Below are positions 1-9,462 of a DNA stretch of 64,000 nucleotides, piece after piece. The stretch is from Desulfosoma sp. Its GTDB lineage: Bacteria > Desulfobacterota > Syntrophobacteria > Syntrophobacterales > DSM-9756. Location: contig JBBFKW010000017.1 of NCBI GenBank assembly GCA_037481835.1, positions 52,459-116,458 of the forward strand. The letters run 5' to 3'. Positions within the stretch are counted from its first letter, which is position 1. Each line of letters opens with the position of its first letter. The position numbers and the translations under genes were made by a program. The notes below the pieces were generated by a model. The model was not told where the DNA came from and did no database searches. It worked only from the letters and a program-made list of their open reading frames with translations.

Positions 1-149
1 CTGCGGTGACATTGAAAGAAGAGGAACCCACGGACTTTTCGACTACCGGGCAGAATCACCCTATCGAAGGCCTCAAAGGCGGTCAATGGGAAAGTGAAGA
101 AAAGAACGCATCAAAGCCGGCGTTGTTCGCCAAAAATCAAGGAGAGGTC

Positions 150-1520
150 ATGACAAGAGCCGCTGGGTTGGCCCCTCGACCTTACCCCTTGAAAAATCCC
201 ATCCGCCACTACGACTGGGGAGAGCGGGGCCCATCGGCCTTTATCGCCAAGCTCCTGGGCATCTCGGACCCGAAGCCGATCCCCTATGCGGAACTTTGGG
301 TAGGAGCCCACCCGTCGGCACCGTCGCTGATCGTGCGGGATGAGGCGGATTTCATTACATTGAACGACGGGGTCCGGCTCTGGCCTCTCCAGATCCTGGG
401 CCCTCGGGTCTCCGGCACCTTCAAAGAACAGTGGCCTTTCCTTCTCAAAATCCTTTCCGCAGCCGAAGCCCTGTCCATCCAGGCGCATCCGGACCGTTCC
501 TTGGCCCCCCTCCTGCACGCCCAAAACCCCGATCATTACCCCGACGCCAACCACAAGCCGGAAATCGCCGTGGCCTTAGGGCGTTTCCAGGCCGTTGCGG
601 GTTTTAAACCCGTGGACGGCTGGCAGGCCGTCTTAACCGCCTTTCCGGAAATCGCCGCCTTTATGGGCTGTGACATCCCCGCCCTGAAGGCCATGATGCC
701 GAAAACCGCGTCGAAAGCCGAGGCGCCACCATGCGTTCCGGATGGGTGTTCCGCCGAAACGTTTTGGCAGACCCCCAAAGCCTCCACGCTCCGAGAGGCC
801 GAAGAATCCAAGGAAGCCCCTCGATCGCCATCCGCCGCGGACTTCGTGAAAAACGCCTTCTCCCGCCTGCTCTTCAGAGCCTTAAAAGACCCCAAGGGGC
901 TCGCTGACACAATTCATGCCACGGCACGGCGGATGGGTGACGCCCCGGAACCCTTTTCGGCCATGGCCGATCTTTTCCACGAACTCCTCGCCAAATACGG
1001 TCCCGAAGACGTGGGGCTTCTCGTGCTCCTCTTTCTCAATCCGGTGGAGCTGCTCCCGGGGCAGGCCGTCTTTCTCCCGCCGGGCCTTCCCCATGCGTAC
1101 CTTCGGGGAAACATCGTGGAATGCATGGCCAATTCCGACAACGTGGTGCGTCTCGGCCTGACCCCCAAGCACAAAGATTTCCACGCGATTCTTCAGGTTC
1201 TGCACTTCGATCCCGTGCTCCCCCCGGTGATGACGCCGCCCGAGCACACCCATACGGTCTATTCCGCCCCGTGCGCGGAATTCCAGGTCCACCGCTGGAT
1301 CATCCAAGCCGGGCAAAGCCTTTCCATGGCCCGTTCCGACGGGCCGGAAGTGATCCTTGTCATCGAAGGGCGGGGGACGATCTTTTGGGGAGGAAGTGAC
1401 CCCCCCAAGGAGCAGCGCTACGACAGGGGACAGAGCTTTCTCATCCCGGCCTTGCTCACGGATTACGGCCTGGAGGCCCAAACGCGCACCCTGGCCTTCA
1501 GCGTGCGCGTTCCCCCATGA
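150..1520 (+). CDS. manA: Mannose-6-phosphate isomerase, class I
   Basis: Motifs YDWG, PYAELWVGAHP, LLKILSAAEALSIQAHPD, YPDANHKPE, PHAYLRG, ECMANSDNVVRLGLTPK. ATG at 150 after AAGGAG. The frame is open to the window edge, so the start is uncertain. Confidence 0.92.
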   Translation: MTRAAGLAPRPYPLKNPIRHYDWGERGPSAFIAKLLGISDPKPIPYAELWVGAHPSAPSLIVRDEADFITLNDGVRLWPLQILGPRVSGTFKEQWPFLLKILSAAEALSIQAHPDRSLAPLLHAQNPDHYPDANHKPEIAVALGRFQAVAGFKPVDGWQAVLTAFPEIAAFMGCDIPALKAMMPKTASKAEAPPCVPDGCSAETFWQTPKASTLREAEESKEAPRSPSAADFVKNAFSRLLFRALKDPKGLADTIHATARRMGDAPEPFSAMADLFHELLAKYGPEDVGLLVLLFLNPVELLPGQAVFLPPGLPHAYLRGNIVECMANSDNVVRLGLTPKHKDFHAILQVLHFDPVLPPVMTPPEHTHTVYSAPCAEFQVHRWIIQAGQSLSMARSDGPEVILVIEGRGTIFWGGSDPPKEQRYDRGQSFLIPALLTDYGLEAQTRTLAFSVRVPP

Positions 1521-1527
1521 GCCCCCC

Positions 1528-2121
1528 TCAGGTTTTGACCATGCCGTAGAGGAAAAGGTCGGCGATTTCCTGGGCGACCTCTTCCAAGGACAAGGATCCA
1601 TGGGGCTTGAACCAGAAATAAAGCCAGTGGAGAGAACTGATGATCGAAAAGGTCATCACGGTGGGGTTGATCGGCCGGATGATGCCCTGATCCATCAAGG
1701 AAAGGAGAAACGCCCGCAATTGGTGGACGTTTTCCTTTTCCTTGTCCAGAATGATGCGCTTCTTGTCTTCCGGCAGATACTCCATGTCGTGAAAGAGGAT
1801 TTTGTTGAAGTTTTCGTTTTTGAGGTAGGTGCGCAGGTATTCGATGAGAATATCGGTGAGTTGCTCTTTGAGCGGCTTTCCGGAGCCGACGTTTCGAGCG
1901 ATGGCCCGGCGCATGTTGCCCACCAGTTCGTCCGCCGCCTCCAGGCAGATCTTGAAAAGGATCTCCTCCTTGTTTTTGAAATGATGGTACAAGGCGGCCT
2001 TGCTGATCCCGACCCGCGCGGAGATCTCTCGAGTGCTGGCCGCCTCGTAGCCTTTTTCGTAAAAGAGCTGACGGGCGGCCTTGAGAATTTCGGCCGCCGT
2101 GTCCTTCCTTTCGTCTTTCAC
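1528..2121 (-). CDS. TetR/AcrR family transcriptional regulator
   Basis: N-terminal HTH ILKAARQLFYEKGYEAASTREISARVGISKAALYHHFKNKEEIL. KstR2-like C-terminus (WLYFWFKPHG). GTG start chosen just downstream of the stop of the preceding gene. Confidence 0.92.
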   Translation of the reverse strand: MKDERKDTAAEILKAARQLFYEKGYEAASTREISARVGISKAALYHHFKNKEEILFKICLEAADELVGNMRRAIARNVGSGKPLKEQLTDILIEYLRTYLKNENFNKILFHDMEYLPEDKKRIILDKEKENVHQLRAFLLSLMDQGIIRPINPTVMTFSIISSLHWLYFWFKPHGSLSLEEVAQEIADLFLYGMVKT

Positions 2122-2146
2122 CCGACGCCCGCCTTGTCGTGGAGGG

Positions 2147-3298
2147 TTAGCCCTTGGTGTGTTCCTTGAGCACGATCTTGGCGATCGTGAGTTTTTCCGC
2201 TTCCTTGGTTCCCTCGTAGATTTCCAGGATCTTGGCATCTCGGTAGTAGCGCTGCACGTCGTATTCGTCGATATAGCCGTAGCCGCCGTGCAGTTGCAAG
2301 GCCTTGTCCGCCACCCACACGGCCGTTTCCCCGGCATAATACTTGGCCATGGCACTGAGCTTGGGATCGATTCGCCCCTGATCCACCAGCCATGCGGCCT
2401 TGTAGGTGAGCGTGCGGGCGAGTTCGATGCGGGTGGCCATTTCCGCCAGCTGGAACTGGACGCCTTGGAAATTGGCCAGAGGCTGGCCGAAAGCGGTGCG
2501 TTCCTGGACGTACTGCGCGGCCTTGTCCAAGGCCCCCTGAGCCAGCCCGACCCCTTGACCGGCCACCATGGCCCGGGTGGTGTTGAAAAAGTCCATGAGC
2601 TGGTAGAAGCCGTTGCCTTCCTGGCCCACGAGGTTTTCCACCGGAACTTTTACGTCTTCGAAGCTGATTTCCGCCGTGTCGCTGGCGCGGATCCCCATCT
2701 TGCCGTGAATCTTGTTGCGGGTGATCCCGGGGGATGAGGCGTCCACGATGAGCAAGCTGAAGCGCTTATGGCGCGGCGCGTCCGGATTGGTCACACAGAA
2801 GACGCAGAAATAGTCGCAGATGGTGCCGTTGGTGATGAACATCTTTTGACCGTTGAGGATGTAGTGGTCGCCGTCGCGCACCGCCCGCGTGCGGATGCCG
2901 GCCACGTCCGTGCCCGCATTGGGTTCCGTGTAGGCGCCGGCGAAAATGATTTCGCCGCTGACGATCTTGGGCAGGTACGTCTTCTTTTGCTCTTCGGAAC
3001 CGTAGAGATAGATGTTTTCCGATCCGAAGCCGGCGGCCGTGATGAGCCCGATGCCCATGTCGATCCGGCTGAACTGTTCCGTGATGATGGTGTTGCCCAA
3101 AAAGCCCGCGCCCGGTCCCCCGTATTCCTCGGGAACCCAGGCTCCGATGAAACCATATTCGCAGGCTTTCTTCCACACCTCGCGCGGATACTTCTCTTCT
3201 CGGTCGCATGCCTTGGACACGGGCGTGAATTCCCGCACGGCGAACTTGTAAGCCTCTTCTTTCAAAATCTTCAGTTCCTCGGGCAGATCGAAATTCAT
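2147..3298 (-). CDS. Acyl-CoA dehydrogenase
   Basis: AYTEPNAGTD, LNGQKMFITNG, KMGIRAS, QLHGGYGY, YRDAKILEIYEGT. ATG preceded by AAGGAGG. Confidence 0.95.
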   Translation of the reverse strand: MNFDLPEELKILKEEAYKFAVREFTPVSKACDREEKYPREVWKKACEYGFIGAWVPEEYGGPGAGFLGNTIITEQFSRIDMGIGLITAAGFGSENIYLYGSEEQKKTYLPKIVSGEIIFAGAYTEPNAGTDVAGIRTRAVRDGDHYILNGQKMFITNGTICDYFCVFCVTNPDAPRHKRFSLLIVDASSPGITRNKIHGKMGIRASDTAEISFEDVKVPVENLVGQEGNGFYQLMDFFNTTRAMVAGQGVGLAQGALDKAAQYVQERTAFGQPLANFQGVQFQLAEMATRIELARTLTYKAAWLVDQGRIDPKLSAMAKYYAGETAVWVADKALQLHGGYGYIDEYDVQRYYRDAKILEIYEGTKEAEKLTIAKIVLKEHTKG

Positions 3299-3317
3299 AG
3301 GGGCCTCCTTGGAAGAT

Positions 3318-4463
3318 TCAAATGAGCTGCATGCGCTTGGCGACAATGAGCTTCATCACTTCGGTCGTCCCCGCGAAAATGGGGATGGGCCGAACATCCC
3401 GGTAGAAGCGGCTGATGGGGTATTCCTCCATGTAGCCGTAGCCGCCGTGGAGTTGGACGCACCGGTAGGCCACCCGGTTGGCCATTTCCGCAATCCAGGC
3501 CTTGCCCATGGACACATCGGTGACGATATCCTTGCCGGCCATGTGATCCGCAACAAGCCGGTCCAGGAAGGTGCGGCCCAGCTTCACTTCCGTGGCCATG
3601 TCCACGATCTTGAAGGCGTTGTGCTGGAAAGAGGCGATGGGGCGGCCGAATGCGGTGCGGCCCCGGGCGTACTCGATGGTCATGGCGAGCATGGCTTCGG
3701 CCATGGCCTGGGCCATGATGCACGCCATGAGCCGTTCCTGCTGCAGGTGGTCCATCATGTGGTAAAAACCGCGGTTGAGATGGCCGAGAAGGTTTTCTTC
3801 AGGGACTCGGCAGTCATCGAAAATGAGCTCCGCCGTGTCTTGCGCGTGCAGGCCCATCTTCTTTAAATTCCGACCCCTGTGAAAGCCCGGAGCCCCCCGC
3901 TCCACAGCGATGAGGCTGATGCCCTTGGCCCCCGAGTCGGCTGATCCCGTGCGGCACGCGACAATGACCACATCCGCCAGGATTCCGTTGGAAATGAAAG
4001 TCTTTTGGCCGTTGATTACCCAATGGTTTCCATCCTTTTCGGCTCGGGTGCGGATCGCGGCCAAGTCGGAACCCGTGTTGGGTTCGGTCATGGCCACCGC
4101 CAAGATGATCTCCCCCCGGGCCGCTCCGGGAAGCCACCGCCTTTTTTGCTCTTCCGTCCCCAAGGCAGCGATGTAAGGGGCCACAATGTCGCTGTGAAGC
4201 GGCGCCATGAGGCTCACCGCACCCGCTTTGGCCAATTCTTCCGCGATAATCACCGAATAGAGAAAGTCGGCGCCACTTCCGCCGTATTGTTCAGGAACCC
4301 ACGGGCACAAGAAACCCGCTTCCCCCATGGCCCGCCACACATCCCGGGAAACGATCCCCTCTTCTTCCCATTGGTCCATGTGCGGCACAACGTGGCGATC
4401 CACGAAGCGCCGGAACGACTCCCGGAAGATGTGGTGCTCTTCCCGATAAAAATCCGCCATCAT
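3318..4463 (-). CDS. Acyl-CoA dehydrogenase (long-chain type)
   Basis: AMTEPNTGSD, INGQKTFISNG, KMGLHAQDT, QERL, QLHGGYGYMEEY, IFAGT. Confidence 0.95.
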   Translation of the reverse strand: MMADFYREEHHIFRESFRRFVDRHVVPHMDQWEEEGIVSRDVWRAMGEAGFLCPWVPEQYGGSGADFLYSVIIAEELAKAGAVSLMAPLHSDIVAPYIAALGTEEQKRRWLPGAARGEIILAVAMTEPNTGSDLAAIRTRAEKDGNHWVINGQKTFISNGILADVVIVACRTGSADSGAKGISLIAVERGAPGFHRGRNLKKMGLHAQDTAELIFDDCRVPEENLLGHLNRGFYHMMDHLQQERLMACIMAQAMAEAMLAMTIEYARGRTAFGRPIASFQHNAFKIVDMATEVKLGRTFLDRLVADHMAGKDIVTDVSMGKAWIAEMANRVAYRCVQLHGGYGYMEEYPISRFYRDVRPIPIFAGTTEVMKLIVAKRMQLI

Positions 4464-4564
4464 TGCCCCCTCGACCTGCCCAGCGCCCCCCCTTATGCCT
4501 TACCGGACGCTCGTTCGTCAACGCACGAATCCTCAACCGAAGCTCCCATCATCCCTTCGCGATC

Positions 4565-5401
4565 CTAGACCACCTCGGCCAGGGCGTGAGAAAGGACGAT
4601 GGAGCGTTCCGTGGCCGCTTCGATGGCGTATCGGCCGTCTTCCAAGAGCCAACCGCGCGTGGTGATGGTATCCCCCGGATAGACCACGTCGGCGAACCGC
4701 ACCTGAAACGCCTTGAAGCGCGACACGTCCCCGCCGCACGCCCCTTGGAGGATGGCTCTGACGGCAAACCCGAAGGTGCACAGCCCGTGAAGGATCGGTC
4801 TCGGAAATCCCGCAGCTTCCGCCGCCTTGGGATCGATGTGGAGTGGGTTCACATCGCCGGAGAGGCGATAGAGGGCCGCCTGGTCTTGGGTCGTCTTGTA
4901 AGACACCTCAAAATCGGGACTCCTGTCCTTGGGCACCGGAACCGCTTCCGCCTTGGGACCAGGGTCGCCCCCCCATCCCCCGAGACCCCGGCAGAAAAGG
5001 CTCATGCGCGTTGCACACACGAGAGCGCCTTTTTCGTCCGTGCTTTCCGTTTCCAAGACCACCAGAGCCGCTTTTTTCTTGTCGTAAATCCCGGCGACTT
5101 TCACCGTGCTCAAAAGCTTTCCCCGGGAAGGCAGGGGCGCGTAAAGCCGGACGGCTTCCTCCCCGTGCAGCACCGTTTTGAGATCGATCTTGAGTTTTTC
5201 CAGGACCTCGAAAAACGGGTGAAACACGGGGATCACCGCATAGGACGGGCAAACCTTGAGGCCTCCTTCCGCACGTTCGTAGACGTAATCCAGATCCGAA
5301 GCGCCGAAACCAATTCCAAGATGATACAGGATAATGTCGCGCCAATGCATCCGGTGTTCGAAAGGCCCAATGGTAAGGCCCACTTGGTTGACGTCGATCA
5401 T
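4565..5401 (-). CDS. MaoC/hydratase-2 type (R)-specific enoyl-CoA hydratase (double hot-dog)
   Basis: Hydratase-2 signature YRLSGDVNPLHIDP...AGFPRPILHGLCTFG; LHGEE. Start set at MIDVNQ after GAGAAAGGGGGAG. Confidence 0.9.
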   Translation of the reverse strand: MIDVNQVGLTIGPFEHRMHWRDIILYHLGIGFGASDLDYVYERAEGGLKVCPSYAVIPVFHPFFEVLEKLKIDLKTVLHGEEAVRLYAPLPSRGKLLSTVKVAGIYDKKKAALVVLETESTDEKGALVCATRMSLFCRGLGGWGGDPGPKAEAVPVPKDRSPDFEVSYKTTQDQAALYRLSGDVNPLHIDPKAAEAAGFPRPILHGLCTFGFAVRAILQGACGGDVSRFKAFQVRFADVVYPGDTITTRGWLLEDGRYAIEAATERSIVLSHALAEVV

Positions 5402-5509
5402 ATCACTCCCCCTTTCTCTCTTTGACTGAAGAGGCTCGCAGGCCGCGGAGCCCCCCCTCCCGTAGCGACCTGCCATGGCCGCGCCCTCGCGACACCCCCC
5501 AGCCTTCTT

Positions 5510-5585
5510 TTTACGAAGGTCGCGGCCCGAATCTGGGAGGGCAGGACTTTCATGCTTCGCTGTCTCGCCCCGCGCGATCCGGGTT
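5510..5585. repeat. Dispersed intergenic repeat, copy 1
   Basis: AATCTG..AGGGCAGGACTTTC.TG.TTCG.TGTCTCGCC...GATCCGGGTT shared with 11080-11155; core also present at 11199-11232. Confidence 0.75.
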
Positions 5586-5622
5586 ATGGCCAGCGCCCGA
5601 TCCCCGCCTCGCGACCTTCCTC

Positions 5623-6447
5623 CTACCATCCTCCGGTCACCTTGATCACCTGCCCGGAGACGTAATCCGATAGGGGCGACGCCAAAAACAGCATGACCCG
5701 GGCGGCTTCTTCGGGCGTTCCCGGCCGTCCCAGGGGGATCATCATGCGAAAGGCCTCCAGTTGGTTCTTGGGCACACCGATGGCGATCTTCTTACCGTCC
5801 TTTTCCAAAACCGTGTCTTCCGCCTTCGGTTGGGTGAGCCGCGTCTCGATCCAGCCGTAGGCCACGGCGTTCACGTTCACGTTCAAACGGCCCCATTCCT
5901 TGGCCAAGGTCTTCGTAAAGCCCAGGATGCCCGATTTGGCCGTCGAGTAATTGGCCTGGCCGGCGTTGCCGTCCGTTCCGGCCACAGAACTCACGTTAAT
6001 GATCTTGCGCATGACGACGCGGCCTTGTTCCGCTTCCTTCTTGGCGTTTTCGCGGATGTAGGGTGCCGCCGCCCGAATGATTCGAAAGGGCGCCGTACAG
6101 TGCACCTTGAGCATGGCCTCCCATTGTTCGTCGGTCATCTTGTGCACCACGCCGTCCCAGGTGTAGCCGGCGTTGTTGACGATGATGTGGATGTCCGGCC
6201 CGAAGGCGTCGACGGCCGCTTGGACGAACTTTTCCGCAAAGCCGTCGGCGGTCACATCCCCCACCACGGCAACGGCCTCCCCGCCTCGATCCCTAATGTT
6301 CTGCACCACTTCGTGCACCGGGCCGGGATCCAGATCGCTCAAAACCAGCTTGGCCCCTTCCGCCGAAAAAAGCAACGCCGCCGCGCGGCCGATCCCCCGG
6401 CCCGCTCCCGTGATCAGACACACCCTTCCTTCCAGCATCTTCTCCAT
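5623..6447 (-). CDS. Short-chain dehydrogenase/reductase (FabG-like 3-oxoacyl/3-hydroxyacyl-CoA reductase)
   Basis: TGAGRGIG, NNAG, GNAGQANYSTAK (YxxxK). Confidence 0.93.
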   Translation of the reverse strand: MEKMLEGRVCLITGAGRGIGRAAALLFSAEGAKLVLSDLDPGPVHEVVQNIRDRGGEAVAVVGDVTADGFAEKFVQAAVDAFGPDIHIIVNNAGYTWDGVVHKMTDEQWEAMLKVHCTAPFRIIRAAAPYIRENAKKEAEQGRVVMRKIINVSSVAGTDGNAGQANYSTAKSGILGFTKTLAKEWGRLNVNVNAVAYGWIETRLTQPKAEDTVLEKDGKKIAIGVPKNQLEAFRMMIPLGRPGTPEEAARVMLFLASPLSDYVSGQVIKVTGGW

Positions 6448-6572
6448 GGATTCTCCCTCCTTGTTCGACCCCAATGATGCTCCTTTCACTCCAAGAAGCA
6501 TTCATGTGGGGTCGGCTCATCGAAAAATGACGCAGATTTTTGTTCGCGGTCAGAGCCTCCCTGCATAGCCGC

Positions 6573-8228
6573 TTAAGCTCCGATCTTTTTTCGGATGTCC
6601 CGGCGCAGTTCTTTTTTGAGAATCTTCCCCACGGGGTTTCGCGGGATGGCCTCCACCACCTCCAACCGTTCGGGCAATTTGTACGTCGCCACCCCCTGTT
6701 CCCTCATGTAGGCCGTGATGCTTTCCATCGTGACCGTCTGGCCGGGTTTGGGCACCACATAAACGCAGGTGCGCTCCCCCAGGTTTTCGTCGGGCATGCC
6801 CACCGCCGCCACATCCTGGACGGCGGGATGCGCCAAAAGGACGTTTTCCACTTCCTGGGCGCTGATGTTGTAGCCGCCTCGGATGATGATGTCCTTGGCC
6901 CGTTCGAAAAACTTCAGGTATCGGTCTCCGGCGATCTGGAAAAGATCCCCCGTGCGGAAGTAGCCTTCCGCATCGAAAGCCTGGGCGTTCAGATCCGGCC
7001 TTTTGAAGTAACCGGGGATCACGTTGGGGCCGCGGTAGAGCAGCTCGCCCACGGCGCCGTCTTCGCTCAGTTCCGACCCGTCGGGACCCACCACCTTTGT
7101 TTGGACGAACCGGGCCATGGGGGTGGACCATTCCACGCCGGGAGCCCCGTATCGGGGCAGGTGGTCGACGCGGATCTTCATGTCCGGCACTTCCCGAACC
7201 CCGGAAACCAAGGCGGTGCCTTCGTTTTGGCCCCAGATGTTCCCAATGTCCACGTTCCAGCGCCTCTTGAATTCTTCCATGGACCACAGGGACGGCGGCG
7301 CGGACCCCACAGTGATGACACGGACGGAACTGAGATCCACCCCTTGGGCGGCCGGATGCTTGAGGATGAGGTTCACCACGGCGGGCACGAGCAAGGTGTA
7401 CTGGATCTGTTCCTGCACCATCTGCTTCAAGAGCAGCTGGGGATCGAAGGGATGGTGCAGGATCACCGTGCCGCCGAAGCGCAGCCACGGCACGTAAACC
7501 GTCCCGACGGAGGCCATATTGACCAAAGGGCCGGCCGTGAGCATGACATCGCCGGGCTCCATGCCGCTGGCCAGAGCCACGGCCGCCTGGCATCGCCAGT
7601 TGTTGTGGCTCAAGGGACAGCCTTTGGGCTGGGCTTCGGTCCCCGACGTCCAACAGAGCGTGAAGATGTCGTCCGCATCCACGCGGATTGCGCTGAGAGC
7701 GGGATCCGGCTTTTCTTGGATCATGCGCCGCACATCTTCGTAGGTGTAGATTTTCTTTAAGGTCGGCACCTTCCGGGCGACCTCTTCGGCCATGGCCCGA
7801 TGGCCGAAGCCGTGAAACGTGTTCACCGTGATCATGGCCTTGGCCTGGGTCAATTCGGCGACGTAGGTGATTTCCTTGGCGCGCCATTGCATGGGCATGG
7901 GGGAAATCACGGCGCCGGCCCGAGCGACGGCGAGGTAGAGCATGGCCAGTTCCCAGCAATTGGGAAGCTGCACGAGCACGATGTCGTCCTTGTCGATGCC
8001 TTCGGCTCGCAATGCTGAAGCCGTCGCTTCCACAGCCCTGTCGAAATCGGCGTAGCGCACCCGTTCCGGAGCCGTCCCGACGAGGGCTTCCTTATTGAGG
8101 GGGTCCACGACGGCGGTGCGTTCCGGTGTCGTGCGGGCGTGCTGCTTGAAGTCGTCCAACAGCGCGCGGGCGCCCCAGCATCCCTTGGTGGTGTATTCCA
8201 AGATCCGTTCGGGAGAAGCGAGAATCAT
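6573..8228 (-). CDS. AMP-forming acyl-CoA synthetase / ANL adenylation enzyme
   Basis: WTSGTEAQPKG P-loop, WGQNEG, YFRTGD, RAKDIIIRGG, PRNPVGKILK. ATG after AAGGAGG. Confidence 0.93.
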   Translation of the reverse strand: MILASPERILEYTTKGCWGARALLDDFKQHARTTPERTAVVDPLNKEALVGTAPERVRYADFDRAVEATASALRAEGIDKDDIVLVQLPNCWELAMLYLAVARAGAVISPMPMQWRAKEITYVAELTQAKAMITVNTFHGFGHRAMAEEVARKVPTLKKIYTYEDVRRMIQEKPDPALSAIRVDADDIFTLCWTSGTEAQPKGCPLSHNNWRCQAAVALASGMEPGDVMLTAGPLVNMASVGTVYVPWLRFGGTVILHHPFDPQLLLKQMVQEQIQYTLLVPAVVNLILKHPAAQGVDLSSVRVITVGSAPPSLWSMEEFKRRWNVDIGNIWGQNEGTALVSGVREVPDMKIRVDHLPRYGAPGVEWSTPMARFVQTKVVGPDGSELSEDGAVGELLYRGPNVIPGYFKRPDLNAQAFDAEGYFRTGDLFQIAGDRYLKFFERAKDIIIRGGYNISAQEVENVLLAHPAVQDVAAVGMPDENLGERTCVYVVPKPGQTVTMESITAYMREQGVATYKLPERLEVVEAIPRNPVGKILKKELRRDIRKKIGA

Positions 8229-8253
8229 GGTGTCCTCCTTGGCGAGGAAACGT

Positions 8254-9450
8254 TTAGAGGCCGAAAATGCCCACACTGCACACGCTGAAGGATGGGATCC
8301 CGCCCAGGTTGTGGGTGAGGCCCAGCTTGGGGTCCTGAATCTGACGCGGCCCGGCCCGATGGAGCAGCTGGGTGTAGACTTCGTAAATCATGCGGATGCC
8401 GGACGCCCCGATGGGATGGCCGAAGCACTTCAGGCCTCCGTCGGACTGGCACGGTATCTTGCCTTCCAAATTGAAGAACCCATCGTTGATGTCCCGGATG
8501 GCCCGGCCTCGCTCGGAAATCTGGAGATCCTCGTAGGTGACGAGTTCCGTGATGGAAAAGCAATCGTGCACCTCCAGAACGCTCAGCTCGTCCCGCGGCC
8601 GCGTGATGCCGGCTTCCGCATAGGCCCGCTTGGCCGCTTCCGTCGTGGTCTTGAGATAGGTCCCGTCCCAGCGGGTCGTCACCATTTCCTCACCCGATGT
8701 GGCGGCGATCTGCAGCGCCTTGACGAACACCGGAGTCTTTCCCAAACCTCGGGCGACGTCCGGCGTCGTCACAATGGCCGCCGCCGCTCCGTCGCTCACG
8801 CCGCAACAGTCGAAAAGCCCCAAGGGCCAGGCGATGATGGGGGCTTTGAGGACCTGTTCCGGGGTGATTTCTTTTCGCAAGTGCGCCTTGGGGTTCATGG
8901 CCCCGCAGCGGTGGCTCTTGGCGGAAATCTTGGCCAAGGCCATCTTGCCTTCTTCTGGGGAAATGCCGTACTTGGCAAAATAGCGCGTGGCCATGAGGGC
9001 GAAGCCGCCCGGGGCCGTAAAATTGGGCAGGATGAACCGATTGAGGGTTCCCATGGCCGTGTCGAAACCCGGAAGACCGCCGTAGCCCGTGTCCTTGAGC
9101 TTTTCCACGCCGAGGGCCAAGGCGATGCGGCAGGCGCCCGAAGCCACCGCATAGCAGGCGCCGCGAAAGGCTTCCGTTCCCGTGGCGCAGAAATTTTCCA
9201 CCCGCGTCACCGGAATGTTGGGAAGTTTCAATGCCTGGGCCAAAGGAATGGCACTCTTGCCGATGTTGACCTCATCGAAACACGTGCCCAACCAGGCCGC
9301 ATCGATCTCTTTCTTTTCAATCCCCGCATCCTGCAAGGCTTCCTGGAAGGCCTCCACCATGAGGTCTTCGGCCCCGTCGTTCCACCGCTCCCCGAACCGG
9401 GTGCACCCCATCCCGATGATCGCCACCTTGTCCTTGATTCCCGTCGCCAT
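8254..9450 (-). CDS. Thiolase, SCP2/SCP-x type (acetyl-CoA acetyltransferase family)
   Basis: VENFCATG catalytic Cys, EVHDCF, GHPIGASG, HNLGG. Confidence 0.93.
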   Translation of the reverse strand: MATGIKDKVAIIGMGCTRFGERWNDGAEDLMVEAFQEALQDAGIEKKEIDAAWLGTCFDEVNIGKSAIPLAQALKLPNIPVTRVENFCATGTEAFRGACYAVASGACRIALALGVEKLKDTGYGGLPGFDTAMGTLNRFILPNFTAPGGFALMATRYFAKYGISPEEGKMALAKISAKSHRCGAMNPKAHLRKEITPEQVLKAPIIAWPLGLFDCCGVSDGAAAAIVTTPDVARGLGKTPVFVKALQIAATSGEEMVTTRWDGTYLKTTTEAAKRAYAEAGITRPRDELSVLEVHDCFSITELVTYEDLQISERGRAIRDINDGFFNLEGKIPCQSDGGLKCFGHPIGASGIRMIYEVYTQLLHRAGPRQIQDPKLGLTHNLGGIPSFSVCSVGIFGL

Positions 9451-9462
9451 GGGCTCCCCTCC

